A stretch of DNA of 21,001 nucleotides from a virus. A program made the position numbers and the translations under genes. The DNA is taken from the IMG/VR virus record IMGVR_UViG_3300005077_000011, positions 1 through 21,001 of that record; one strand, written 5' to 3'. This document shows, piece by piece, positions 12,500 to 21,001 of this stretch (the stretch's first letter is position 1; each line of letters starts with the position of its first letter). The notes beneath the pieces are model-generated. The model was not told the origin of the DNA, did not search any database, and was given only the letters and a program-made list of their open reading frames with translations.

Positions 12500-13441
12500 A
12501 TGGATAAAGTTGACGTAAAAAAAGCGCTTGGAGGTGTTAATACTTCTGATGCAACAGGTGGAGATTTTATTCCTACAGAACTTGCCGCAGAATTAGTTGA
12601 GTATATCAAATGGAATTCAGTTGGTAGAAATCTTTGGGATCAAGTCATAATGCCTACTCCTACATTCCTTATTCCTAAACTCACAGGTGTTAACTCAATC
12701 TACTATGTAGGTGAAGGTTCACAACCAACACAATCAGGAATGGCAACAGATCAAGTTACTCTTACAGCTAAAAAGCTTATGGGTCTTTTGACAGTTGACT
12801 CAGAAATCGATGAAGATTCAAAAATCGCATTGATGCCTTTGATTAAACAGGATTTTGGTACAGAAATTGGTCTTGCAGAAACTGATGCATTCTTTAATGG
12901 AGATACATCATTTGCTGTTTCAGATCATCCACGAAAAGCTTTTAATGGTCTTAGAGCTCTTGCAGCAGGCACAGCAGTCGATGCAGCAGGTTCAAGAATA
13001 ACTCTTAAGCATCTTAATCAAGGTCTTGTAAATCTTGGTAGACACGGACAAAATCCACAGATGATCGATGTTTTTGGTGCTCCTATAGTCATTGGAGAAC
13101 TTAGAAAACTTTACGCAGACTTCGATAAGTACACAGTGTTTAATCAAGGTGCACTTAAAACAGGTCAGGTCGGAGCTATCTGGGGAATGAATGTGTACAC
13201 AGTAGGTCTTCTTCCAACAGATCTTACCTATGGTGGATCTACAGGAAATGGATATACTGAAGCTCTTCTTGTAAATAGAAGAACTCCTATCATTGGAGAC
13301 CGAAGAGCGATCAAATTTAAAACATTTGATCAAATCTGGACAGATCAAACTCTTGTCGTTCCTTCAGAACGTATTGCGTTTGCTGTTAGATGGACGGATG
13401 CTATCGTTAAAATCACAAACTTGGAAACAACACTTAGCTAA
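12500..13441 (+). CDS. Major capsid protein (HK97 fold)
   Basis: GGDFIPTELA, YVGEG, VTLTAKKL, ETDAFFNGD, IWGMNV, ERIAFAV; SD GGAGGTGA. Confidence 0.95.
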   Translation: MDKVDVKKALGGVNTSDATGGDFIPTELAAELVEYIKWNSVGRNLWDQVIMPTPTFLIPKLTGVNSIYYVGEGSQPTQSGMATDQVTLTAKKLMGLLTVDSEIDEDSKIALMPLIKQDFGTEIGLAETDAFFNGDTSFAVSDHPRKAFNGLRALAAGTAVDAAGSRITLKHLNQGLVNLGRHGQNPQMIDVFGAPIVIGELRKLYADFDKYTVFNQGALKTGQVGAIWGMNVYTVGLLPTDLTYGGSTGNGYTEALLVNRRTPIIGDRRAIKFKTFDQIWTDQTLVVPSERIAFAVRWTDAIVKITNLETTLS

Positions 13442-13472
13442 GTAATTGGCTAACACTAAAAAAGGAGCACTC

Positions 13473-14429
13473 ATGTCTGAAGAATTAATTCGGATTAGAC
13501 ACTTGGATAGTCCGAATATTACAGTTTTTATAGAAGGAAAACAAATTAACATTCGTAATTATGAAGCTTTGATACCTAGAAGCGACGCAAAAGCAATAGT
13601 ATCAGGGCCATATGGTTATGAATTAGTTGGTATATACGATGATTTCATCGTATATGTTAACAAAATTGACATCCAAACAAAAACTTTCAGACCAATGAGT
13701 GCTCTTGATAATAGTGTATTAGTAGGTACTTCATTAGCTGGTAGTAAATTATATGCTTGGGAAAAATATTCTCAAGCTCTTCTTACTTTAAAAGGCAAAG
13801 AAAAACTTCACTTACTCTTCACAATAGATGATTCAAAAGCCTCTTGGAAACAACAAATTCATGATTGGGCAGAAACTAATATTGACAAATTTTATAATAT
13901 AACTATTATTGAATGGGACTCAGATAAAGAAATGGCGTGGAATCGAGTATTCAAAATTACAGTAGGTCGACAACTTATCTTTAATTTTGCAAGGACTATT
14001 GAAAATATAACTCATATCTTTTTTATAGATTCAGACAATATAGTTCCAGAACATGCTTTTGAGACACTCTATTCACTTGAGAAGCCTGCAGTAGCAGGAT
14101 TGTATAACTTTAAATCAGTTGTTTCAGGAGGGCCAGTTGTATTTAACGGATATGGCGATAAAAATTGGCCGCCAACATGTCTAGGCAAGCAATTAGTAGA
14201 AACAAAACAAGATTCAGGTTTAATTGAATGTGACTGGACTGGAGCAGGATGTCTCATGATAAGCAGAAAAATATTTGAAAAATATAATTTTGATTGGTCT
14301 AGGTGGATACAACGGAACGGAGAAGACGCTTGGATATGTTTATGCGCTCAAAAAGAAACAGGTCAAAAACTTTTAGTAGATACTTCAGTAAAATGCGGAC
14401 ATTTAGATGATAGAGGTCAAATATGGTAG
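13473..14429 (+). CDS. GT-A (GT2-like) glycosyltransferase with extra N-terminal domain
   Basis: FFIDSD, DWTGAGCLMISR, GEDAWIC, VDTSVKCGH; SD AAGGAG before ATG 13473. Confidence 0.88.
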   Translation: MSEELIRIRHLDSPNITVFIEGKQINIRNYEALIPRSDAKAIVSGPYGYELVGIYDDFIVYVNKIDIQTKTFRPMSALDNSVLVGTSLAGSKLYAWEKYSQALLTLKGKEKLHLLFTIDDSKASWKQQIHDWAETNIDKFYNITIIEWDSDKEMAWNRVFKITVGRQLIFNFARTIENITHIFFIDSDNIVPEHAFETLYSLEKPAVAGLYNFKSVVSGGPVVFNGYGDKNWPPTCLGKQLVETKQDSGLIECDWTGAGCLMISRKIFEKYNFDWSRWIQRNGEDAWICLCAQKETGQKLLVDTSVKCGHLDDRGQIW

Positions 14430-15649
14430 ATGTAAAAATACGTCATCGGGATCATTTGAATATTGTTACTTTTATTGACGGAAAACAAATAAATATTAGA
14501 AATCATGAGGGAATTGTGCCTCTTGATCTTGCTTCAAAATTAATAGAATCTCCTTTTGGATATGAATGGGGAGCTCCTGTTGAACCTTTCAATAAAGAAA
14601 CTTGGACAAAAACTAACCGTAAAATTGTTTGGAATCATATTATGCCTTATTATGAAGGATATGGATATGTAGGACAAATGATGGTTTGGGCGCTTAAAGA
14701 ATTAGGAATAGATATTTCTATTTTTTATAAACCTGAAATGTATTATCTCAAAAGAGACATTATGGATCTTATTTTTAAAGAACGTCAATACGATTGTTGG
14801 GGAATATGGCATCATTTTTGGATGAAGCCTGGAATGTTACCACATGAGAAAAAAGCCATGTATACTATGTGGGAAAGTACTCAACTTCTTCCAGGATGGG
14901 CAAATGCGTGCAATGAAGTAAATATGATATTTGTTCCTTGCGAAGAAGATGTTAAAATCTTTAAAACAAATGGAGTAAAAGTTCCTATTAGAGTTTTGCA
15001 TCATGGAGTAGATCAAGAATTTTATTATTATCGACCAAAAGTAAAAAGAGATAAGTTTATTGTTGGAACAATAGGAAGTTTAGTCCCTCGAAAAGATCCT
15101 GAGCTTCTTATAAAAGCTTTTTTAGATGAATTTCGAAATGAAAAAGATGTTTTGCTATATATGAAAGACACAAACGAAGAAACAGATCTTTCAAATAAAT
15201 ACAAAGATAATGAAAAAATACAATTTAATGGAAAAAAAATATCACCTTTAGAATTAGGAGATTTATTAGCTTCTTTTGATATTGCTGTTTTTCCTTCTCA
15301 TGGAGAAGGCTTTGGACTCGGCGGACTTCAAGCTATGGGCGTTGGAACAACATGCATATGCACAAACTGGGGTGGGTTCAAAGAATATCTAAACTCAGAG
15401 TATAATTTTACTCTTGACTGTAAATTAGTTGATATAAAAAATATTGCCTCTAATAATACTTTTTATTCAGGGCAATGGGCTCAAGCAAGCTATGAACATC
15501 TTAGAAGTTTGCTTAGATATGCTTATGAACACAAAGATGAAATTCATAAAAAAGGGGAAAAAGCAGCTCAATGGGTAAAAGAATTTTGGACGTGGAAGCG
15601 ATGTGGTCAACAATTAATTAATGCAATTGATGAATACGAAAGAATATGA
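14423..15649 (+). CDS. GT-B (GT4-like) glycosyltransferase with the same N-terminal domain
   Basis: GYG, HGVD, PRK, FPSHGEGFGLGGLQAMGVG, TNWGG, FWTW. Confidence 0.92.
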   Translation: MVDVKIRHRDHLNIVTFIDGKQINIRNHEGIVPLDLASKLIESPFGYEWGAPVEPFNKETWTKTNRKIVWNHIMPYYEGYGYVGQMMVWALKELGIDISIFYKPEMYYLKRDIMDLIFKERQYDCWGIWHHFWMKPGMLPHEKKAMYTMWESTQLLPGWANACNEVNMIFVPCEEDVKIFKTNGVKVPIRVLHHGVDQEFYYYRPKVKRDKFIVGTIGSLVPRKDPELLIKAFLDEFRNEKDVLLYMKDTNEETDLSNKYKDNEKIQFNGKKISPLELGDLLASFDIAVFPSHGEGFGLGGLQAMGVGTTCICTNWGGFKEYLNSEYNFTLDCKLVDIKNIASNNTFYSGQWAQASYEHLRSLLRYAYEHKDEIHKKGEKAAQWVKEFWTWKRCGQQLINAIDEYERI

Positions 15650-16368
15650 ATACAATATGTGCAAACATGATATTAGGAGAAAAACCTGAACCATTTTTAG
15701 AATATTCTTTGAATTCGATAAAGTGGGTAGATGAACTTGTAATTGTTAATACAGGATCAAAAGACAATCTTAATATAAATATTGCAAAGTCTATTGTTCC
15801 TCATGCAAAATATTTAGATTTTTTTAACTCAAATTTGCCATTTACTTTTTCTAACGCAAGAAATTATGCACTAGACAACTCATCTGCATATTGGATTTTG
15901 TGGATTGATGCAGACGAAGTTCATTATAATCATCTAGAGAGAATATTAAGAGAAAGTCTTTCTTGGACACACTATGATGGCTTTCAATTTTGTTTTTATC
16001 ATTTTTTATTAGACGTATTTCATTATCAACATAAAGAATATAGAAAAAATGTATTTAAGCGAATAGGAAGAAGATGGAACGGAGACGTTCATGAACAAGT
16101 TTACCCTTTAGAAAATACTTTAAGTCTTGATTATTTTTATCATCATTACGGATATGTCAAACCACAACATTTAATTTATGAAAATTGGAAATTGTATTGG
16201 AGTCTAAATCCAGAAGAAAAATATAAACTTAATGAAAATAGAAATCCAAATGATATAATCTCTGACAGAGTCACTGTTGCTCATGAATATACAGGTTTAT
16301 ATCCAGAAGTTATTCAAGAATATATTAAAAAACAAAAACCTATTGTAAAAAATTATAATTTTCTTTAA
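15646..16368 (+). CDS. GT2 glycosyltransferase
   Basis: VDELVIVNTGSKD, FSNARN, WILWIDADE, GDVHEQV, HHYGY. Confidence 0.92.
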   Translation: MNTICANMILGEKPEPFLEYSLNSIKWVDELVIVNTGSKDNLNINIAKSIVPHAKYLDFFNSNLPFTFSNARNYALDNSSAYWILWIDADEVHYNHLERILRESLSWTHYDGFQFCFYHFLLDVFHYQHKEYRKNVFKRIGRRWNGDVHEQVYPLENTLSLDYFYHHYGYVKPQHLIYENWKLYWSLNPEEKYKLNENRNPNDIISDRVTVAHEYTGLYPEVIQEYIKKQKPIVKNYNFL

Positions 16369-16369
16369 T

Positions 16370-17029
16370 ATGAAAAAAATCGGAATAATACTTACTACAT
16401 TTAATAATTTAGAAATGACAAAAGTGTGTTTGCATTCATTGTTTGAAAATACAACAAATTATGAGTTAATTGTTGTTGATAACAATTCTACTGACGGCAC
16501 ACAAGATTGGATAAAAAAGCAAAATATTCAATTGATAGAATTAAAAGAATGGAAAGGAGTATCTAGTGCTATCAATCAAGGAATACGCTTCTTTTTTAAT
16601 AAAGAGAATGAAAAAACTTTTTATGACATTTGCTGGATTCATAATGATATGACTTTTTTTCCAAAATGGTTAAATGCTTTGCAAGAATATCTTGATAATC
16701 ATCCTGAATGTGGTCGTGTAGCTTCACATAATATGCGTGATCCATTAGCTCCTGAAAGGCCGGGAAATGAATTGCCATTTCTTATAAGAGGTGAATGCTT
16801 TAAAAAAATAGGAATGTTTGATGAACGTTTCAAAGGAGCAGCTGGCAAAGAAGATTGGGATTTCAATAATAGACTCTTAGATAATGGTTGGAAAATTATG
16901 ATTACTCCTGAATCAAAAGTATTTCATAAAGGCGCAGGAACAAGATCTGGACTTATGCCTAGAGAATGGGAAGAACATAATAATTGGTTATATTGGTCAA
17001 AGTGGGGAACAAATGAACCTAAAGTATAA
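16370..17029 (+). CDS. GT2 glycosyltransferase
   Basis: IVVDNNSTDGT, HND, GMFDERF, EDWDF. Confidence 0.92.
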   Translation: MKKIGIILTTFNNLEMTKVCLHSLFENTTNYELIVVDNNSTDGTQDWIKKQNIQLIELKEWKGVSSAINQGIRFFFNKENEKTFYDICWIHNDMTFFPKWLNALQEYLDNHPECGRVASHNMRDPLAPERPGNELPFLIRGECFKKIGMFDERFKGAAGKEDWDFNNRLLDNGWKIMITPESKVFHKGAGTRSGLMPREWEEHNNWLYWSKWGTNEPKV

Positions 17030-17780
17030 TATATCAGCAGTAATTCCTGTGTTAGGAAATTGGAATTACACAGAAAAATGCTTGACTTCTCTCTTTTCAA
17101 AGAGTGAATTCATAGATGAAATTATTGTTATAGATAATTCTAATGATAAAGATTCTACAAGAGCAATTATTAAAAACGGATATCCGTGTTCAATTTATGC
17201 TCCAGGAAGAAATCTTGGAGTCGGTCAATCATGGGATGCTGGAATAAAAATTGCAAAGAATAATATTATATGTGTTATAAATAATGACGTAGAAATTATT
17301 ACTGAAAAATGGGATACAATAATAATGACAGAATGGCAAAAGCATGAAGATGCAATAGTATTTTGTCCTTGGCCTGCAAGTCATGAGACTGAAGATCTAG
17401 CTCATATGGTTGATCCTTTAAAAGGTCTCAATGGAAGTTGTTTTTTTGTTGACAGAAATAGTCTACAATTAACTGACAACTATAAATTATTAGGACACTA
17501 TATTGATCCAATTTATCATTTAGCATATTGGGAAGATTGTGATTTGCTAGTTCAAGTTAGAAAATTAGGAAAAGAAAGTTATGTCACATCAAAAGTAAAA
17601 ACGGTTCACTATAGTAATAAAACAGCTGGACCACTGCTTCCAAGTAATAAAGGAATGAATAATCCTTATTGGAGTAATCTAGATAAATTTAATAAAAAAT
17701 ATGGAGTAAATATATGGGACTATTTCAAAGTGTTTATGAGTAATGTTCTTGATGAAAATTCAAACGAAAGGCTTATATGA
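17013..17780 (+). CDS. GT2 glycosyltransferase
   Basis: SAVIP, IIVIDN, NLGV, INND, AYWEDCD. Confidence 0.9.
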   Translation: MNLKYNISAVIPVLGNWNYTEKCLTSLFSKSEFIDEIIVIDNSNDKDSTRAIIKNGYPCSIYAPGRNLGVGQSWDAGIKIAKNNIICVINNDVEIITEKWDTIIMTEWQKHEDAIVFCPWPASHETEDLAHMVDPLKGLNGSCFFVDRNSLQLTDNYKLLGHYIDPIYHLAYWEDCDLLVQVRKLGKESYVTSKVKTVHYSNKTAGPLLPSNKGMNNPYWSNLDKFNKKYGVNIWDYFKVFMSNVLDENSNERLI

Positions 17781-17926
17781 AACATTTTAAAACAACTAAA
17801 AAAGGAATGTATCAAGATGAAAGCTTCAAAAGACAAAGAACAATACAAATGTTAAGAAAAATGAAAGAAGAAAGAAAACGCACAAAGACAGAAATGAGGA
17901 ATTATGAAAACAGCGATAATTTATGA
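17777..17926 (+). CDS. 49-aa basic hypothetical protein (not in ORF track)
   Basis: ATGA-coupled to the upstream GT; MKHFKTTKKGMYQDESFKRQR...; overlaps the next gene. Confidence 0.55.
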   Translation: MKHFKTTKKGMYQDESFKRQRTIQMLRKMKEERKRTKTEMRNYENSDNL

Positions 17927-18788
17927 TCTAGGAACACCATTTACAACAGGAGTATATTTTGATAGAGCTTTGAGAGAACTTGGTATAACTGTAGACAGGT
18001 TTGATCATAATAATGTCACTACAGTACCGGAGGGATATGGTTTATACTTTATTATTGATTCAGGACCACAATATGCTATTCCAGAATGGAAATCTGGACC
18101 TTCAATTTATTATAGCATTGATACTCATCTTGATTTTGAACATAGATTTGAAATGGCTAAAACAGCAGGCATTCCTGTTATGGCACAATATTCGTGTGGT
18201 GCTAAAAGGGCTACAGATGCCGGATTAGAAACTTTATGGCTTCCTCTTGGTTGTGACCCTTGGATTCATCAAGATTATCAAGTAGAAAGAAATTTAGATA
18301 TAGCATTTGTAGGTCACTTGTATGAAGATGATCCATGGAGACAAACTATTCGTTCAAAATTAATTTCTCACGGATTTAATGAAAACAAAATCTTTATTGG
18401 AGAAGCTACAAAAGAGGACATGGGACAAATATACTCAAGAGCAAAAATTGTTCTTAATGCTTCAGTAAGAAATAATCGACAAGATATTAGTATGCGTTTT
18501 TTTGAAGCCATGTCTAGTGGAGCATATCTTCTTACTCAAAAATTACTTCATGATGATGCTAACAAAATTATAGACCCAAAGCTTTATAGTACATTCGAAA
18601 ATGATGAAGAAATGTTTGTCAAAATTGATGATATTCTTAAAAATTATGTTGTGTATCATGATGTTGCGGAAAGAGCAAAACTTTTCATAAGAACATTTCA
18701 TACTTATGCAAAACATATAGAGAGTCTATTTAGAAATATAACAATGAATAAAAAAGAAAGAAATCAATTTACAGAATTAATAAAATGA
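17904..18788 (+). CDS. GT-B glycosyltransferase (CgeB/Glyco_trans_1_2-like)
   Basis: WLPLGCDP, DIAFVG, YSRAKIVLN, MRFFEAMSSG, HTY. Confidence 0.9.
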   Translation: MKTAIIYDLGTPFTTGVYFDRALRELGITVDRFDHNNVTTVPEGYGLYFIIDSGPQYAIPEWKSGPSIYYSIDTHLDFEHRFEMAKTAGIPVMAQYSCGAKRATDAGLETLWLPLGCDPWIHQDYQVERNLDIAFVGHLYEDDPWRQTIRSKLISHGFNENKIFIGEATKEDMGQIYSRAKIVLNASVRNNRQDISMRFFEAMSSGAYLLTQKLLHDDANKIIDPKLYSTFENDEEMFVKIDDILKNYVVYHDVAERAKLFIRTFHTYAKHIESLFRNITMNKKERNQFTELIK

Positions 18789-19525
18789 AAAATATTGCTT
18801 ATATTATAAAAACACATAATGAGTTGCCATATCTGCAGCTTATGCTATGGAGCCTCAAATACAATAATCCAAACATGTGGAACAGTTCAAATATATATAT
18901 ATTTGCGAATAATTGTAATGACGGCACAAAACAATGGTGTGATAAGAATAATCTTTGGTGCAAAGAAGTAAATTTTCCAGGGCTTTATTCTCTTTGGAAT
19001 CATGCTGCACAAATAACAAATGAACAATTTATTGTATTTTCAGCCTCTGACTTTGTCTTAGCTCCAGGTTTTTGGAATAAAATTATCAAGCAAACAGTAG
19101 AAAATAAAGACAAATTTTTCCATTTTACAGGAACTTGTTTAGATAATGGAGTAAGTTATGGTCATCAGGATGAACCTATACGAAGATGGTATGTAAGAAA
19201 TTGTGGAGATAATTGGCAAGAATTTGATTATGATAAATTTATTAATTACACAAAAGAATTTGAAAATGATAATGGAATATTAGAAGGAGTAACACAGTAT
19301 TGTCCTTTTATAACAACGCGAGAGCATTATGATTTGCTTGGAGGATTTAATTTAGCTCAAGGAGACTATCCTTCTGATGTAGACGAAACATTTGTAAGAA
19401 CAGGGCGAGAAAAAGGTAGACCTCCTTGTATAGTAAGAGGAGCATGCTTTTATCATTTTGGTAAGAAGTCTTTACTAAGACGAGATACAATTAATTATGA
19501 TTGGAGTGAAATAGACAACATATGA
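18785..19525 (+). CDS. GT2-like glycosyltransferase
   Basis: NNCNDGT, WNHAA, ASDFV, LGGF, YHFG. Confidence 0.85.
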   Translation: MKNIAYIIKTHNELPYLQLMLWSLKYNNPNMWNSSNIYIFANNCNDGTKQWCDKNNLWCKEVNFPGLYSLWNHAAQITNEQFIVFSASDFVLAPGFWNKIIKQTVENKDKFFHFTGTCLDNGVSYGHQDEPIRRWYVRNCGDNWQEFDYDKFINYTKEFENDNGILEGVTQYCPFITTREHYDLLGGFNLAQGDYPSDVDETFVRTGREKGRPPCIVRGACFYHFGKKSLLRRDTINYDWSEIDNI

Positions 19526-20064
19526 TAACATCTAGAAATTCAAATAGAGATATTAGCAAGTTAACAAAGCTTCACTTAGGCTGTGGAGGAGATTTTAAAG
19601 AAAATTATATTAACGTGGATTTATATGATCTTCGTGTTTGTGATGTTCAAGACGATATGATTACTTTAGAAAAATTTCCTGATAATTTTGCATCTGAAAT
19701 ATTTCATATGCACATAATGGAACATATAAATTATGATGAAGGCCATAAGGCTATAAAAACTTGGTATAGAGTAATGGCACATGGTGGAAAATTAGAATTT
19801 GAAACTCCAGATGCAGAAGAAACTTTTAGAATGTTTTTAGAAATGGATTATCACCAAAGATGGGAACAAGTAGCTAATTTATGGCAAGGATATAAGATGC
19901 AAATCTGGGGAACTCAGGATGCCCCCGGAATGCAACACTATATTCTATATGACAAAGAAAAAATGTACAAAATGCTTGAGGAAGCAGGATTCAAAAATAT
20001 ATCAGTAGTCAACATTAATGATCCCTGGCTCCGCGAAAACATGAGAGTCGAAGCTTATAAATAA
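19522..20064 (+). CDS. Class I SAM-dependent methyltransferase (type 11-like)
   Basis: KLHLGCG, YINVD, HIMEHI, GGKLEFETPD, LEEAGF. Confidence 0.92.
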   Translation: MITSRNSNRDISKLTKLHLGCGGDFKENYINVDLYDLRVCDVQDDMITLEKFPDNFASEIFHMHIMEHINYDEGHKAIKTWYRVMAHGGKLEFETPDAEETFRMFLEMDYHQRWEQVANLWQGYKMQIWGTQDAPGMQHYILYDKEKMYKMLEEAGFKNISVVNINDPWLRENMRVEAYK

Positions 20065-20065
20065 T

Positions 20066-20593
20066 ATGACTCCATGGAATAAAGGTAAAACTGGTGTATA
20101 CTCTAAAGAAACTTTATTAAGAAAAAGTTTAGCTACTAAAGGAATACCAAAGAGTTTAGAAACTAGAAAAAGAATGAGTGAGGGCTCTAAAGGAAAAATA
20201 ATGTCAAAAGAAGCTAGATTAAAAATGAGTCTAGCTAAAGCTGGAAAGAAAAGAAGACCTTTATCTTTAGAAATTAAAAAGAAAATAAGCATAACATTAA
20301 AAATTAGAAATAATCCTAATTTTTCTGAAGATACTATAGAATATAAAATAAACACAGGCTCTGTAGAATATTTTCATTTTAGAAAACAAGTTTTAATTAG
20401 AGATGAATACACGTGTCAAAGATGCGGAAATAAAGAAAATCTAGAAGTTCATCATATAAAGCCTAAAGCTCAATTTCCTGAATTTCTCTGTACAATAGAA
20501 AATGGAATAACTTTATGTGATAAATGTCACTGCAAAGTGGATAAAATTAGATCTTATTTTGGCACAAGAAATTACAAAAAATTATATAAATAA
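20066..20593 (+). CDS. NUMOD3-repeat HNH homing endonuclease
   Basis: PWNKG, SxETRKRMS-type repeats, RDEYTCQRCG, LEVHHIKP, NGITLCDKCH. Confidence 0.92.
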   Translation: MTPWNKGKTGVYSKETLLRKSLATKGIPKSLETRKRMSEGSKGKIMSKEARLKMSLAKAGKKRRPLSLEIKKKISITLKIRNNPNFSEDTIEYKINTGSVEYFHFRKQVLIRDEYTCQRCGNKENLEVHHIKPKAQFPEFLCTIENGITLCDKCHCKVDKIRSYFGTRNYKKLYK

Positions 20594-20603
20594 AGGAGAA
20601 TAT

Positions 20604-20810
20604 ATGGAAACAGATAAAAAAACCCAATTGGAAGAAGCATTAGAAGCACTATTAAAAGGTTTTGCTTTAATGGTAAATGTAAATAATGAAGAAAGAAGCA
20701 GAGAACTTTCTGTAGCAATTACAGAACTTGAAACTTCTATGATGTGGCTTAATAAAACACGAGCAATTAAAGGGTATTTAAACAAAACTGAAACTCATGT
20801 ACAAGTATGA
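20604..20810 (+). CDS. Acb2/Tad1-like helical hairpin protein
   Basis: SRELSVAITELETSMMWLNK; SD AAGGAG before ATG 20604. Confidence 0.65.
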   Translation: METDKKTQLEEALEALLKGFALMVNVNNEERSRELSVAITELETSMMWLNKTRAIKGYLNKTETHVQV

Positions 20811-21001
20811 TACGAATAGCTTTGGACTATGATGGTGTCGTTTCTGCGAATTATCAACATTATTTTCAGCTTGCGTCTGATTTTAAAAGAAGCGGACATC
20901 AAGTATATATAATCACTGCAGCAGAACATGAGCGAGGAATACAGATTATTGATAATTTAAGTAAGTTGTGTTTTCCTTATTCAGGAGCTTTTATTAGAGA
21001 T
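20807..21001 (+). CDS. HAD-superfamily phosphatase, truncated by window edge
   Basis: MIRIALDYDGV (DxD motif I), GHQVYIITA (motif II). Confidence 0.85.
   Translation, partial: MIRIALDYDGVVSANYQHYFQLASDFKRSGHQVYIITAAEHERGIQIIDNLSKLCFPYSGAFIRD

Noticed and set aside
17777-17926. Paralogy of YQDESFKRQR with YQESFKKKR in ORF 9514-9861
   Set aside because: Too short and compositionally biased to support homology
7733-20785. Antisense or alternate-frame ORFs (7733-8023, 8282-8515, 9658-9897, 11922-12128, 12992-13348, 13364-13552, 14069-14257, 16596-16778, 18001-18228, 20002-20355, 20582-20785)
   Set aside because: They overlap well-supported genes and show no motifs of their own

Overview
This is an AT-rich segment of a tailed (HK97-fold) bacteriophage genome, read with the standard code (TAA, TAG and TGA all act as stops). 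1-4574 (minus strand) holds a dense array of 30 tRNA genes for 19 amino acids; Ile is absent and the array continues past the left edge. The tRNAs are interleaved with at least six micro-ORFs and about ten structured non-tRNA elements, including a ~320-nt RNA with its own promoter. 4615-5557 has three small minus-strand genes with sigma70-like promoters. From 5605 (plus strand) come an Nmad1/DUF1599-like protein, a degenerate HAD protein and the head module: portal, SPP1-gp7-like protein, membrane proteins, prohead protease with a duplicated His-rich domain, acidic scaffold and major capsid protein. Directly after the capsid gene, where head-tail connector genes usually sit, are seven glycosyltransferases and a SAM methyltransferase. 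The first two glycosyltransferases have different folds (GT-A, GT-B) but share a 45-aa N-terminal domain, which suggests a targeted virion-glycosylation system. The window ends with a NUMOD3-HNH endonuclease, an Acb2/Tad1-like helical hairpin protein and a truncated HAD phosphatase. All assignments come from manual motif reading; no database searches were run.
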